From a virus (lineage: Duplodnaviria > Caudoviricetes): DNA of 64,000 nt. The DNA lies in IMG/VR virus record IMGVR_UViG_3300028805_000057, positions 64,001 to 128,000 of that record, one strand, 5' to 3'. The notes beneath the pieces are model-generated. The model was not told the origin of the DNA. It made no database searches and was given only the letters and a program-made list of their open reading frames with translations. Both the position numbers and the translations under genes were made by a program. This document shows, piece after piece, positions 26,801-37,165 of the stretch (positions within the stretch are counted from its first letter, which is position 1; every line of letters begins with the position of its first letter).

Positions 26801-29800
26801 ATGGTTGGGTGCAAAAGCAGTAAATGAAGTATCAAGTGCTATCTTTAAGTTAGTATTAGCATTTAGTATGTTACTTGGTGTGCTTACTGCAATGTCTTTC
26901 TTACCTGCAGAAAACTTAGAGAGAGTATCGGGTTTATTGTTAAATGCTGGTATTGCTCTTGGTGTTATGATGGTTGCAATGACTACACTTTCGATTGTCG
27001 CAACTAAGACAAGATGGGGATTAGTAGGCATAGCAGGTTCAATGATTGCAATAGTTGCAGCTACTTGGACGTTTATATTTGTAATTGAGAAAATAAGACA
27101 AGCTATAGAAAGATTTAAAGACGAAACTGAAGGATTCGGTGGAATTTTAGTTGCTATAGCTCCTATTATTGCAGTATTAGCAGCGATGTTTATTGTATTT
27201 AAAGCAGCTGCAAAGATCGGTAATAGTGGTGGACTATTAGCATTTAGTGCCGGTGTAATGGCATTAGGTGTTGCTGTATTTGCTATGGTATTTGCACTTG
27301 ATAAGATGGTTACTTTCTTACAAGATAATACTGCTGAAAATGTTATTTCCGCTATTTTAGTAACTGTAGCTATTATGACAACTGTTGCTTTAGCTAGTGG
27401 TTTAATGTTAAGATTAGTTGGTAAGAGTTTCCAAAATATTAGTAAATCAGCTGGAGCAATTGCTATGGCTGTTGCTATAGTAACTGTAGCATTAACTACT
27501 GCTTTAATTGTTATACCATTACTTGAAGAAATGGTTCAAAATAGTGATAGATTCCCTGAATATGTAGAAGCTTTGGCAATATTTACAGCAACAATGATAT
27601 CAATCAGTGGTTCTTTTGCATTAATGACAAGTAGAACTAAGGGTGGTTTCCACATGTTAGCTGCTGGTATTGTATTTAATATATTTGCTAAAACTATTTC
27701 AAATATAATAATGCCATTATTAGAATCTCTTAAAGGTTTAGATTTTACTGAGTATCTTGGTGGTATATTAGCATTAGGTATGATGATGGTTGCCATTTCA
27801 TATAGTATTAAATTAGTTATGGAAGGCGTTGCTGAAATAGTTAAAGCTATTAGTAAGATTAATTGGAAGAGTTGGTTTGCTATAATATTAAGTACTGGTG
27901 CTGTTATAGCTGGTATTATGTTATTAGCAAGTTATTTGGAAAATAATAAAACTGAAGTTAGTGCTGGTGTAATAATTGGTGTTATTGGCACTGCTTTAGC
28001 TGTAATACTTGGATTTGGTTTATTTGCAGAAATGTTAATGAAGATAACAAATCAAAATCTGAATAATAGCATTTCTCAATTAGCTGCTGTATTTAAATGG
28101 ATGACTGCTTTCATTACATCAATAGTAGTTGGTTTGGCTGGCACAATGGCTTTATTAAAGTTATTATATGACGGTAATGAAATGGAAGCATTAAGTCGTA
28201 TGGCAATATTTGCTGGTATTGTTTTAGCTACTATTGGTCTTACATTATTGATGTTTGGTAAATTTATTAAATCGGTAAGTCAAAAATTATCACTTATACC
28301 CGATGCAAATTTAACAAAAGTAAGGAATTTATTAATTACTATATTTGCTGGTATGGTTGGTATAATGCTTGCTTTAGTAACATATACTATAGTAATTGAT
28401 GATACTTTCTCAAGATGGGAAGAATATGCAGCTCCATTAGCGACTATTGTTGCTACGATGTTAATTGTAACAGGAGGAATCTTAGCAGAAATTGCAGCAT
28501 TTATTAATTTCTTACCAACACTTGAATTTAATAAGAGTGCTGTTACTATTGTTATTTCAACATTAGCGGCTGTATTATTAGATATATTAGCTATTGGATT
28601 GATATTAATTCCTTCATTTGAAAAGATGAGAGATGTTGATTGGAGAGTTGTATTATCATTACTAGCTGGCATTGCTCTGATTATATTCTCCATATCAATG
28701 CTAACTGTCGCGGCTGCAAGAACAACAACTTGGGAAAAGACTTTAGAAGCATTAGTAGTAGCATTAGGTACATTGGCGGCTATTGCGGTATTCCTTCCTG
28801 CTATTGCAAAAGCATTTGAAGCAATGAAAGGTATCGGATGGACTGAGTTTGCAGTATTAATGTTAGGTTTCTTAATTCCTTTTGTTGCTGTACTTATAGC
28901 TGTTAAATCAATGACAGAAATTGCTCCTAAATTTGCTGCAGCTGCTGGCAATATTGCTTTAGGATTTATTGCGATTGCCGCTGCGATTGCTGCAGTAGCT
29001 ATTGCTATTGGATTACTTAAAGAAATGTTCTCACCTGGTAGTACATTAATTGGTCAAATGCTAATGAAGGGTGAAGCAGAAGGTATTAAGAAAGGCTCTA
29101 AAGAAGTATATGATGAAAATGAAAAAGCTCAGGAAGGATTACTTGAACAAACTGAAGAGATTGACCAAATAAATTCACCCTCTAAGAAATTTAGATACTA
29201 TGGTAAGATGATTGATAAAGGTCTTGCTCAAGGTATTACTAAAAATAGAAGAGTTGCAATTAAAGCTGCGACTGCTCTTGCTATATTTACTAATGATGGA
29301 TTCTGTGAAGAACTTGGTATTGCATCACCTTCAAAAGTATTCTATGAGAATGGTCGATTTGTTGTTAGAGGTTTCATTAATGGTTTAAATGATGAAAGTA
29401 ATAAGAACAAGAAGGCTGGTGCTGATATGGCCGAAGGCTTTACTGAAGGTATGGACAATATGATGGATGGAATGAAAGATAAATGGTCCGGATTATGGTC
29501 TGAACTTGGCATGGATGAAGATATTAAGAAGGCTATTGAAGAAGGTACTGAAGGTGCTGGATCAGTATTTGCTAATGGTTTACTTGATGAATTAACGGGT
29601 GAAGATAGCACTATTGTAAGTCAATTAAGTGCCGCTGAAGCTCAAGAGTTATCAAGACTTAAAGGCATACAAGCTGAGCGAGATAAAGCACTTAAAGAAT
29701 TTGATAGAAGTTGGTCTGGTCCTCATGATGAAAGTTATACATCTACAAAACAAAAATTATCAGATAGTTACGGAAAGAATCTTGATGCACAAATTGCGGC

Positions 29801-31496
29801 TCTTGAAAGTAAAGCTGGTCAAGTAACTAAGAAAAATAGTGGATTATCTGGTTTATTTAGTAGTATATTTGGCGATACATTTACTAATCTTGGAAAAGAC
29901 GGAAACTTTATAGATACTCTTAAAGGATTCGGAGATAAAATTGGTAGTGGTATTGGATCAGTATTTAATAAAGATGGAAGTGCTTATAAGAGTCTTAAAG
30001 AAACTGGTCAATCATTACTTAGTGAATTCGGTATAGATTTTGGTGGTAATGGTAGTAATACTAGTGGAACTCCAGCAGATAATGTTGGTAAACAAGTTGG
30101 TACTGGTATTGGAAATGGTTTAAATACTTGGTTAAATGGTAAAACATTTAATGACACTATGGAAACTGCTGGAAAAACAATAGGTAATTCTATAAAAACT
30201 GGTATTGATGAGATTTTAGATAAATATAATCCATTAAAGAATCTAGAACTTATTGCTGAAACTGCTTATGAACGGTTAAAGGCTGCTATAACAGGTAGTG
30301 AAAATCGTTCAAGTACAATGAGCGCATTAAGTGATATTTTGAACAAAAAAGCATCAGTTTATGGATGGGAAAATGATGAAGTTACATTATATAATGAATT
30401 TTTAAAATTATATAATAAAATGGGTAGAAATGTACTTATGGATAATGCTCAGATTGAAAAAGTTTTAACTACAATTTATAATAATGGTAAGTATGGTAGA
30501 TTAAGTGAAAATAGTAAGATTGATTGGGAATTAGATATGTTCGGTGATTTTGTTTATAATGGAATAACCGATCTTGTAGGAACAAGTTATATTGAAGAAG
30601 AATATGAAAAAGCTAAAGAAAATTTATTAAAATCAAGTATTGATTGGGGAACTTTATTAAAATCTAATGATTATTATACATTCCAAAATTATTTATTGGA
30701 ATTATTGCCGATGGGAACATCAAATAGTGTTATTAAAAATTGGTCGAATGCATATACTAGATATACCAATGGCGCAGATACCACATTTAATAGAGAATTA
30801 CAAAAAATATTTGCTGACGAGAAATTCAAAGAACAATTCTTATCTTCCGGAACTGATATTATTAAATTCTTATTCTGGGGTATGAAAGTTGGATATTTGG
30901 AATATGAAGATGGTATATTAAATACTGCTAATGGCAATGCTGCTGATATTATTCAGGCATACTATGATAATTTCAGAGAGCATTCGCCTTCCAAAGTTGG
31001 TATTGACATAATGAAATTCTTTATGGAAGGTCTTAAGATTGGTATCGATGATAATACAAAATCGGTTCTTGATAGTGTAGGAATAAGTACTGATTTAATA
31101 ACCGATTCTACAATTACTGGTCTGAATGCAATGGTTAATGCTCTTGAAGAAGATGTTCAACCTCAAATTACTCCAGTAATAGATGCAGATGCTGTAAATA
31201 ATGGTATATCATCTATTAATACATCATTTGCTAATCTAAATCCTACAATGCAAGCAACTATTGATTCATTCCATGATGATGCACCAAATTATAATGGACA
31301 GTTAGCAATATTAGCTAATGCAATTAATGGAACAAATACACTTGTTAATAATCTCATGAATATGTTAGCAGAAGGTGATATTGTTACTGTTAATGTTACC
31401 GGAGAAGTTGATACAAATAATCTGTATGAACTTGTAGTTAACACAAATCGTGAGAAATTTAAACAAACTGGTAAAAACAAATTAATGTCATACTAG
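23880..31496 (+). CDS. tape measure protein
   Basis: 2538 aa; DERVVSM start, tape-measure domain (AMYQLSQAL), long hydrophobic central repeats, repeated xSPSK motifs. Confidence 0.92.
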   Translation: MVDIDERVVSMKFDSSDFEKNTKSTMSILDKLHEKLSFKDVADSDSLNAITNNVQKMADKAYTIVDRMIDKIKDNIANKLVNFLQENTLGQFKAGFDKYADMTTSVATLSSQGYAMKRINEQLARLNYFTDETSYNFTSMVSEIGKFTASGQSLEDATTAMMGIAEWAALSGKNANEASRAMYQLSQALGSGTMRLIDYKSIQNLNMDTIEFRKNAIEAAIAAGTLKDNLNGTFTSLVDNKTTFAIQNFAESLSGKWFNSKVMMETYKKYSDAVDEIRAIYEEGTYTTLAGDEKDINTTADAVKLVKENNEELIKRFREANKKLTSDQIDDFLKKWKKVEKVTGMTVKDYAKMHEISEEEAKTMMAAKEKGYAEYLKEYAEVFKETEQSAEEALEDWHTYVSTYGIKAFEAAQEAKTFRDAIESAKDAASTVWTTIYTEVFGNYEEAKELWTDLANALYEIFVNRLWDLEGIFNYWKDGYEKDAEKQIKTLKEEYDKLTANGAPADVYGRQRVEEIKKEMAEIQAQLDTGLLNGRRVLFQGLYAFGGGLKSVIQNFRDAWNGLFDENESAKKLFNLSERIRYDGFRFYDMLTNKETGLVATDFYKNIAQGIKNLFAPFKGAIEVIKAVINSFLPARKTTKDILVSLSEAFKNFTEKLVPSQETLQKIAKILRGVVSVIRLIAKAAYGLWTAIIKPILSVLFDGLGSIIGFLTDILASMADGFYGFENAIGPMEALQVVAEAVQWAFEGILEILKSVAGVIWDIFGPAISFVVGIFKDLFNKAKNLFSGEKGNVFKNIGNGFKNVTSRAKDAWKSTETFADVFNRFKEGKGISNVVELLGALLDNFVTRIGRTVIAIFGLEDVITNENGKIGAAFSDLKSSLSGVATIFKWIYTNVIRPTLQVAFTGLANCIRDIGEAWKSGDVMRIMQILTQAFKTIGSFQLFKVLQALSRSFGSAGILRVLRNGAKALKSLSKWLGAKAVNEVSSAIFKLVLAFSMLLGVLTAMSFLPAENLERVSGLLLNAGIALGVMMVAMTTLSIVATKTRWGLVGIAGSMIAIVAATWTFIFVIEKIRQAIERFKDETEGFGGILVAIAPIIAVLAAMFIVFKAAAKIGNSGGLLAFSAGVMALGVAVFAMVFALDKMVTFLQDNTAENVISAILVTVAIMTTVALASGLMLRLVGKSFQNISKSAGAIAMAVAIVTVALTTALIVIPLLEEMVQNSDRFPEYVEALAIFTATMISISGSFALMTSRTKGGFHMLAAGIVFNIFAKTISNIIMPLLESLKGLDFTEYLGGILALGMMMVAISYSIKLVMEGVAEIVKAISKINWKSWFAIILSTGAVIAGIMLLASYLENNKTEVSAGVIIGVIGTALAVILGFGLFAEMLMKITNQNLNNSISQLAAVFKWMTAFITSIVVGLAGTMALLKLLYDGNEMEALSRMAIFAGIVLATIGLTLLMFGKFIKSVSQKLSLIPDANLTKVRNLLITIFAGMVGIMLALVTYTIVIDDTFSRWEEYAAPLATIVATMLIVTGGILAEIAAFINFLPTLEFNKSAVTIVISTLAAVLLDILAIGLILIPSFEKMRDVDWRVVLSLLAGIALIIFSISMLTVAAARTTTWEKTLEALVVALGTLAAIAVFLPAIAKAFEAMKGIGWTEFAVLMLGFLIPFVAVLIAVKSMTEIAPKFAAAAGNIALGFIAIAAAIAAVAIAIGLLKEMFSPGSTLIGQMLMKGEAEGIKKGSKEVYDENEKAQEGLLEQTEEIDQINSPSKKFRYYGKMIDKGLAQGITKNRRVAIKAATALAIFTNDGFCEELGIASPSKVFYENGRFVVRGFINGLNDESNKNKKAGADMAEGFTEGMDNMMDGMKDKWSGLWSELGMDEDIKKAIEEGTEGAGSVFANGLLDELTGEDSTIVSQLSAAEAQELSRLKGIQAERDKALKEFDRSWSGPHDESYTSTKQKLSDSYGKNLDAQIAALESKAGQVTKKNSGLSGLFSSIFGDTFTNLGKDGNFIDTLKGFGDKIGSGIGSVFNKDGSAYKSLKETGQSLLSEFGIDFGGNGSNTSGTPADNVGKQVGTGIGNGLNTWLNGKTFNDTMETAGKTIGNSIKTGIDEILDKYNPLKNLELIAETAYERLKAAITGSENRSSTMSALSDILNKKASVYGWENDEVTLYNEFLKLYNKMGRNVLMDNAQIEKVLTTIYNNGKYGRLSENSKIDWELDMFGDFVYNGITDLVGTSYIEEEYEKAKENLLKSSIDWGTLLKSNDYYTFQNYLLELLPMGTSNSVIKNWSNAYTRYTNGADTTFNRELQKIFADEKFKEQFLSSGTDIIKFLFWGMKVGYLEYEDGILNTANGNAADIIQAYYDNFREHSPSKVGIDIMKFFMEGLKIGIDDNTKSVLDSVGISTDLITDSTITGLNAMVNALEEDVQPQITPVIDADAVNNGISSINTSFANLNPTMQATIDSFHDDAPNYNGQLAILANAINGTNTLVNNLMNMLAEGDIVTVNVTGEVDTNNLYELVVNTNREKFKQTGKNKLMSY

Positions 31497-31517
31497 GGAA
31501 AGGAGGAATAATAATAC

Positions 31518-32501
31518 ATGGCAAAAGGTGAAATAGAATATATTAGTTATGAACCTGGTTGGAGTCAAACAAAAGGCTATTTCTTAACTGGTATTGTTCA
31601 ATTTAAATTTAATTCAAAATATTATTTAACTAAAAATAGTGTTAGAATATATTATAGACCTTTAGCATCTCAATCTGATGCTGATTATGTTGATATTGTT
31701 CCTCCAGACTCTACTGAAACTGGAACAAATATATTAAAAGCTGATAGTTGGCAAAAACCTTATACACCAACTTTACAAGCTCAAAAGAGTTATGAAGATA
31801 TTTCAGCTTTGATAAATAATGCTGTAAAAATAGTAAAAGGTCTTAGTAATGATAAATATGTTGTTAAATTTACTATTTCTAATCTTACTGGTAGTACACT
31901 ATATGTTACTGCAGCTCGTTTAAGGTTATTTAATTCAAAAGGTGATTACAAGACGTATGTAAGAGCTCCAGAAAATGAACAAGGTAATTTTGGTTTCACT
32001 ACTATGACTTCACCAAATTATATTTTTGAAAACCAAACTTTATTTTGTGTTGCTAAATATAGTCTTGGAACAAATAATACTTATACAACTGATTGGGAAG
32101 ATTTTACTGATTGCATAAAGTTACCTTCATATGATGTAAATTCCGAAGATGTGAATGAAGATTGGGAAGATGCTGACTATAAAACTCATCGTATAGCTGT
32201 AAGAAAGAAAGTAAATGGAAAGTTTGAAATGATTTTCCCAACAATGACTCGTTATAAAGAATTTCTTAATTATATTGAATTAAGTAAGCAATTAAATGGT
32301 GATGGCATAGCATATGTGGAATTAAGATTACAAGTTAATAACATTCTTGATATACAACCAATGTTAGACATATCTCAAACGAAATGTGTTAATTACATTG
32401 GTAAGTTCTTTATCAAAATAGATAATAATGCTTGGGTTCAACCAATATTTGGACATTATGATAAGTATAGTCCATTAAGTATTACTATACAAGAAGCTTA
32501 A
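31518..32501 (+). CDS. distal tail / tail-associated protein
   Basis: Immediately after the tape measure; beta-rich; positional call. Confidence 0.5.
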   Translation: MAKGEIEYISYEPGWSQTKGYFLTGIVQFKFNSKYYLTKNSVRIYYRPLASQSDADYVDIVPPDSTETGTNILKADSWQKPYTPTLQAQKSYEDISALINNAVKIVKGLSNDKYVVKFTISNLTGSTLYVTAARLRLFNSKGDYKTYVRAPENEQGNFGFTTMTSPNYIFENQTLFCVAKYSLGTNNTYTTDWEDFTDCIKLPSYDVNSEDVNEDWEDADYKTHRIAVRKKVNGKFEMIFPTMTRYKEFLNYIELSKQLNGDGIAYVELRLQVNNILDIQPMLDISQTKCVNYIGKFFIKIDNNAWVQPIFGHYDKYSPLSITIQEA

Positions 32502-32521
32502 GCATTTTATTTCCCCGTTTT

Positions 32522-32566
32522 AGAGCTGGCTCTGTGGAATTTCTTCGAGGGTCAGCTCTTTTGTTT
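32522..32566 (+). terminator. rho-independent terminator
   Basis: AGAGCTGGCTC/GGGTCAGCTCT stem followed by TTTGTTT. Confidence 0.7.
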
Positions 32567-32636
32567 AATTACGAAGCTTGCTGAGAAATTCAGTTTGCTT
32601 GCAAAGTATATTATTGATAGGAGGTGATCAGGTGAA

Positions 32637-33017
32637 TTGGGTTATATAAGATTAAACGAAAACCCACATGGGATTCTTGTAGATGATTGTGTTATACGAG
32701 CAATCTCTACAGCTACTGGACGAAGTTGGGATGATGTATATTTGGACTTAATGTTGGAAGGTCTAGAACATAAAGATTACCCTAATAAGAACGTAATTTG
32801 GTGGAACTATCTACAAAGAAAAGGTTATAAACGATTTATTATTCCAGATACTTGTCCAATGTGTTACACTTTAAAAGATTTTGTTGAAGACCACCGTCAT
32901 GGTATTTATATTGTCGGCGATGGAAGCCATGTAGTAGCAGTTGTTGACGGATATTACATAGATAGTTACAATTCTGGTAATATGTCAGTCTTGTATTACT
33001 TTACTACAAAATTTTAA
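32637..33017 (+). CDS. conserved phage protein with papain-like Cys/His/Asp motif
   Basis: DDCVIRAI..GSHVVAVVDG..IDS; GGAGGTGA RBS, TTG start. Confidence 0.55.
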   Translation: MGYIRLNENPHGILVDDCVIRAISTATGRSWDDVYLDLMLEGLEHKDYPNKNVIWWNYLQRKGYKRFIIPDTCPMCYTLKDFVEDHRHGIYIVGDGSHVVAVVDGYYIDSYNSGNMSVLYYFTTKF

Positions 33018-33480
33018 AGGAGGATTTTAATGAGAAAGAAGAAAGAAGAGAATTTTGATCCAAGTTTATGGATTACATTATTTACAACATTAATGACAAC
33101 AAATAATAATTCTTCAAATATTGTATTAGAAAAGCAGGTAGCATATTTACAAGGAAAATTAGATGTGTTAGAAAAGGTAATATTAAATGAAGAACCAAAT
33201 ACAGTTTGATAATATTAATTTCTCTAATCCAGCTGATGTACCAATAATACTACGTTTATTACTTGCTAGTAAAGATGAAGAATCTGCAAAACAATTTAAA
33301 GAATATTTAGAAAAGGAGAAAAATATGAATGAAAAAAGAGAAAAAAGAATCATCTTGTGAAGGTTGTATACATTTATATAATTATCCAGATGGAACTAAC
33401 AGATGTAATTATCCAATGAGTATTGAGAAACTTTGTTTGGAGAGTTATGATAGGATTTATAAAACTGAAAGGAGAACTAA

Positions 33481-33942
33481 ATGAATTATCCAAATCAATT
33501 TTACCCACAAAATAATAATTTTATGTATCCACAGCAATATAGACAAGAACAATTAAATCAAGTTTATGCGAATTCGTATAATTCAAATTGTATTTTTGTA
33601 AAAGATAGAAATGAAGCAGAAATGTGGCAAATAGCTCCAGGTAATAAATTAATATTTGAAGATCAAAATGGAGTATATTTTTATGTGAAATCGCTTGGTT
33701 TTAATCCAAATGATCGACCAATTTTTAAAGTTTATAAACGAGAAGATTATGTTGAGCCCGTCCAACAAAATGTTGAACCTGTTGAACAGAATCCTCTCAA
33801 AGAAGAATTTGAGAAATACCAGAATTCTACAAAACTTGAAATGGATAATCTCAGGTCAAGTTTAAATGAATTAAAAGAATTAATTAATCAGAATTCTAAA
33901 CCAAACTTCAATAAGAATTATAAGAAGGGAGGTAAAGAATGA
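33481..33942 (+). CDS. conserved N/Q-rich phage protein (accessory module)
   Basis: N/Q/P-rich N-terminus, APGN..FYVKS. Confidence 0.65.
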   Translation: MNYPNQFYPQNNNFMYPQQYRQEQLNQVYANSYNSNCIFVKDRNEAEMWQIAPGNKLIFEDQNGVYFYVKSLGFNPNDRPIFKVYKREDYVEPVQQNVEPVEQNPLKEEFEKYQNSTKLEMDNLRSSLNELKELINQNSKPNFNKNYKKGGKE

Positions 33943-34139
33943 TGAATAATATGATTCAACAACTTTTTCAGGTTATGAAAATGCGTGGTATTACTATACC
34001 ACAGAATGTTAATATGAATGATCCTCAGGCGATAATTCAGTATTTAATGTCTAATGGAAAAATAAGTCAGGAACAGTATAACACAGCTTATAATCGAGCA
34101 AAGAATAACTATCCTGGCGCTTTTAATAATTCACAATAA
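33939..34139 (+). CDS. small conserved phage protein (accessory module)
   Basis: DPQAIIQYLMSNGKISQEQYN. Confidence 0.65.
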   Translation: MMNNMIQQLFQVMKMRGITIPQNVNMNDPQAIIQYLMSNGKISQEQYNTAYNRAKNNYPGAFNNSQ

Positions 34140-34262
34140 TTTAGGTTTCAATATTTATTGAGAATTGTTTTAAGCCGGCCTGAAAAATATTTTTCATAAA
34201 ACAATTCAAAATAGGTATTAAACATATAACAAAAATAATAATACTTATGGAGGATTTTAATT

Positions 34263-35159
34263 ATGATTAGTACAAATGATAACATGGTAATGCCTGTAGC
34301 ACCTTTTATGGGATATGGAAATGGTAACAATTGTGGCTTTGGTAATGGTGATTGGGGAAGTTGGATAATTTTGTTTCTGATCTTTGGCCTTTTCGGAGGT
34401 TGGGGAAATGGAAATGGCTTCGGCGGAGGCAATGGAACAAATGGTCTTTATCCTTGGCTTAATAATTCCAACCAGATCAATGATGGTTTCAGAGATCAGA
34501 TGCTGAATACTACAATTAATGGAATACAGAATGGTGTAGTATCAGGATTTGGCGATGTGCAAAATTCACTCTGCGCTGGATTTGCGGGGGTTAACGCGAC
34601 TGTGAATGGGGCTCAGAATGCAATTGCTAATCAGCTCTATACAAACCAGATTTCAGATCTTGAGAGGAGTTTCGCTGCTCAGACTGCTAACTCACAGGGA
34701 CTGATGAATCTTCAGTCTCAGTTAGCTCAGTGTTGTTGTGATAATCGCTTAGCGACTGTAGGAACGCAGAATATAGTACAGTCCGAAGGGAATATGACAA
34801 GAACAGCTGATGCTAATAACACAAGAGATATTATTGATGCACAGACGCGCGGAACTCAGGCAATACTTGATAAGCTCTGCCAGTTAGAACTTGATGGTGT
34901 TAAGGCTCAGGTTGAATCAAAGAATGACGAGATTGCAAGACTTCGCCAGGATTTATCAATGAAAGACCTTGCAGCATCTCAGACTGCACAGAATGCATTT
35001 ATTGCACAGGGATTGAATAGTGAAGTTGACGCTTTGTACAATAGGTTAAAGAATTGTCCAGTACCTTCACAGCCTGTTTATGGCTCGCAGCCAATATTTA
35101 CATGTCCTACTAACTATTATAACAATAATGGTTGTGGTTGCGGATGTGGCGTAGCATAA
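34263..35159 (+). CDS. Gly/Cys-rich coiled-coil membrane protein (accessory module)
   Basis: WIILFLIF TM segment, GN-rich, LAQCCCD, TQAILDKLCQ, C-terminal CGCGCG. Confidence 0.75.
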   Translation: MISTNDNMVMPVAPFMGYGNGNNCGFGNGDWGSWIILFLIFGLFGGWGNGNGFGGGNGTNGLYPWLNNSNQINDGFRDQMLNTTINGIQNGVVSGFGDVQNSLCAGFAGVNATVNGAQNAIANQLYTNQISDLERSFAAQTANSQGLMNLQSQLAQCCCDNRLATVGTQNIVQSEGNMTRTADANNTRDIIDAQTRGTQAILDKLCQLELDGVKAQVESKNDEIARLRQDLSMKDLAASQTAQNAFIAQGLNSEVDALYNRLKNCPVPSQPVYGSQPIFTCPTNYYNNNGCGCGCGVA

Positions 35160-35250
35160 TCAAAATAAGTAGTAAAATGTAACTAGTAAACAAATGATTT
35201 AAAATCCTTATTAATCTAATTGGGCAAGAAGAAAGGGGTTGAAATTTTTT

Positions 35251-35958
35251 ATGATAGCATTTCGTGATTTAACAGGTCAAAAATTTAATATGTTAACCGT
35301 TCTTTACAGATATGAAATAGATGCTCCAAATGGAGATTCACGGTGGGTCTGCTCGTGTGAATGTGGCGGTACAACGATAGTAACTGCATCAAATTTAATA
35401 TATAATGGTGTTAAAAGCTGTGGATGTTTAAAAAGAACGAATCATTTTAAAATACATGGTGATTGGAATAGCAAACTTTATACTAGATGGCGAAGTATGA
35501 TACGACGTTGTGAAGATCCCAATTTTCCATCTTATAATAATTATGGTGGTCGTGGTATACAAGTATGTCCAGAATGGCATAATTATGAAAATTTTAGAGA
35601 TTGGGTAAATAGTACTCAAGATGATCCAAGTTTAACATTAGATAGAATTGATGTAAATGGTAATTATGAACCTAATAATTGTCGTTGGGCAACACAAAAA
35701 ACACAACAAAATAATAAAAGAAATAATATTTATGTAACATATTTTAACGAAACTCATTCATTAAAAGAATGGTGCGATATATTAAATTTACCATATGATC
35801 TAGTTTATCGTCGTATAAGTCGTTTAAATTATGATTTCTGGAGAGCAATTTCAACCCCTCTTCCTGACCATTATTATGAAGATTGTTATGACTATGATTA
35901 TTCAAATGAATATTATGAAGATCCATATGAATATGACAATTACATATATGATGAGTAA
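35251..35958 (+). CDS. HNH-type homing endonuclease
   Basis: DLTGQKF, CSCECG, SCGC, YGGRGI.VC, TLDRIDVNGNYEPNNCRWAT; start 35239 (TTG) or 35251 (ATG). Confidence 0.85.
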   Translation: MIAFRDLTGQKFNMLTVLYRYEIDAPNGDSRWVCSCECGGTTIVTASNLIYNGVKSCGCLKRTNHFKIHGDWNSKLYTRWRSMIRRCEDPNFPSYNNYGGRGIQVCPEWHNYENFRDWVNSTQDDPSLTLDRIDVNGNYEPNNCRWATQKTQQNNKRNNIYVTYFNETHSLKEWCDILNLPYDLVYRRISRLNYDFWRAISTPLPDHYYEDCYDYDYSNEYYEDPYEYDNYIYDE

Positions 35959-35975
35959 GGTAGAAAGGATAATGA

Positions 35976-36428
35976 ATGGCAGCTGAATACGATAGTACAT
36001 CGGCTCAGAATGTTTCTGCAAACAGCGCCGTACTTTTTACAAATGCACCAGTTCCTTGTAATGAAAATTTAGTAATACATCGAAATGGTTCAGGTATTTT
36101 TAGATTAGCAAATAGGTTTTTCAGACAGAATCTTTGTTCTTGCTGGAAGCGTAACTCAAATTATAATGTTTCATTTGGAGCAAATCTTAGTATCCCAGAA
36201 GGTGGAACAGTTGAACCAATCTCTCTTGCTGTCGTAATAGATGGCGAAATTGATGAGAGTGCGATTATGACTGTTACACCTCAGGCTACTGGAGATCAGT
36301 TTAATGTTAGTGTAGATGTATTAGTACAGGTACCTTTTATATGCACATGTAGTAATGTATCTGTACGAAATATATCGACACAAGCAGTAACAGTAACAAA
36401 TGCAAATATTAAATTTGATAAAGCATGA
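35976..36428 (+). CDS. BclA C-terminal/C1q-like beta-sandwich protein (accessory module)
   Basis: AQNV..VLF..YNVSFGAN..ISLAV..SVRN..NANI pattern. Confidence 0.55.
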   Translation: MAAEYDSTSAQNVSANSAVLFTNAPVPCNENLVIHRNGSGIFRLANRFFRQNLCSCWKRNSNYNVSFGANLSIPEGGTVEPISLAVVIDGEIDESAIMTVTPQATGDQFNVSVDVLVQVPFICTCSNVSVRNISTQAVTVTNANIKFDKA

Positions 36429-36443
36429 AAGGAGAACTAAAAA

Positions 36444-36890
36444 ATGAATGATCTTTGGAAAGAATTAGAAAGAACTTGTGAAAGAGCAACACATGAACTT
36501 TCACAGTTAAATGACAGATTAGAAACTAATAAGAATATGATGTCTCCGGCTGACCTTGAGGTGATGTTCAAGCTCATGGATATTGTAAAAGATACAAAAT
36601 CCACTATGAAGAAAATCATGGAAATCGAAGACCTTGAACAAGGATATGATAAGGATTATTCCGGAACTTATTATTCTCAACCTATGTGGGATAGACGATA
36701 CAGTGGCAACTCTTACCATGGTCAGTATACCATAGCCACTGGTGATGGACGAAATGATTACTCAGGTAGAAACATGAGAAGATCATATTCCAGAGGCGAC
36801 GAAACAAGAATGGAACTTGAGGAAATGTTAAACAATACTCGAGACCAGAATGAAGCTGAAGTTATTAGAAAAATTCTGAATAGACTATAA
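36444..36890 (+). CDS. conserved phage protein (accessory module)
   Basis: DIVKD helix followed by YS(G/R) repeats. Confidence 0.65.
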   Translation: MNDLWKELERTCERATHELSQLNDRLETNKNMMSPADLEVMFKLMDIVKDTKSTMKKIMEIEDLEQGYDKDYSGTYYSQPMWDRRYSGNSYHGQYTIATGDGRNDYSGRNMRRSYSRGDETRMELEEMLNNTRDQNEAEVIRKILNRL

Positions 36891-37006
36891 TATAAAATAT
36901 TCATAATCTCTCTAATACTTTCAACTAATTGATTAAATAGGCCGGCTTTAATCGGTTAGATATTTACAACTGAATAATTTTACAACTTAATACTTTGACA
37001 AAAGGT

Positions 37007-37112
37007 AACTCGGTGGCGGAATGGGTAAACGCTTAATTGTACGCACGTAAGATTTCTACCAAATTCAGGTCGTGTAATGAAATCATGTAAGGTTCAAATC
37101 CTTACCCGAGTT
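37007..37112 (+). ncRNA. tRNA-like structured RNA, copy 2
   Basis: AACTCGG/CCGAGTT acceptor, TGGCGGAATGGGTAAACGC D-arm, GTAAGG-TTCAAAT-CCTTAC T-arm. Confidence 0.72.
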
Positions 37113-37165
37113 AGAATTATAAAAAGATATTTATACACAAAAACATAAGGAGGGATCTATAAGGT

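Noticed and set aside
26105-31480. Minus-strand and alternate-frame ORFs in the track (e.g. 28280..28951; also 48707..49186 and those within the capsid gene)
   Set aside because: They are shadows of long + strand genes with biased composition; no RBS or motifs noticed
34172-36948. AAGCCGGCCT/AGGCCGGCTT inverted pair as invertible-segment or transposon ends
   Set aside because: Only 10 bp with a self-palindromic core; no recombinase or target duplication seen
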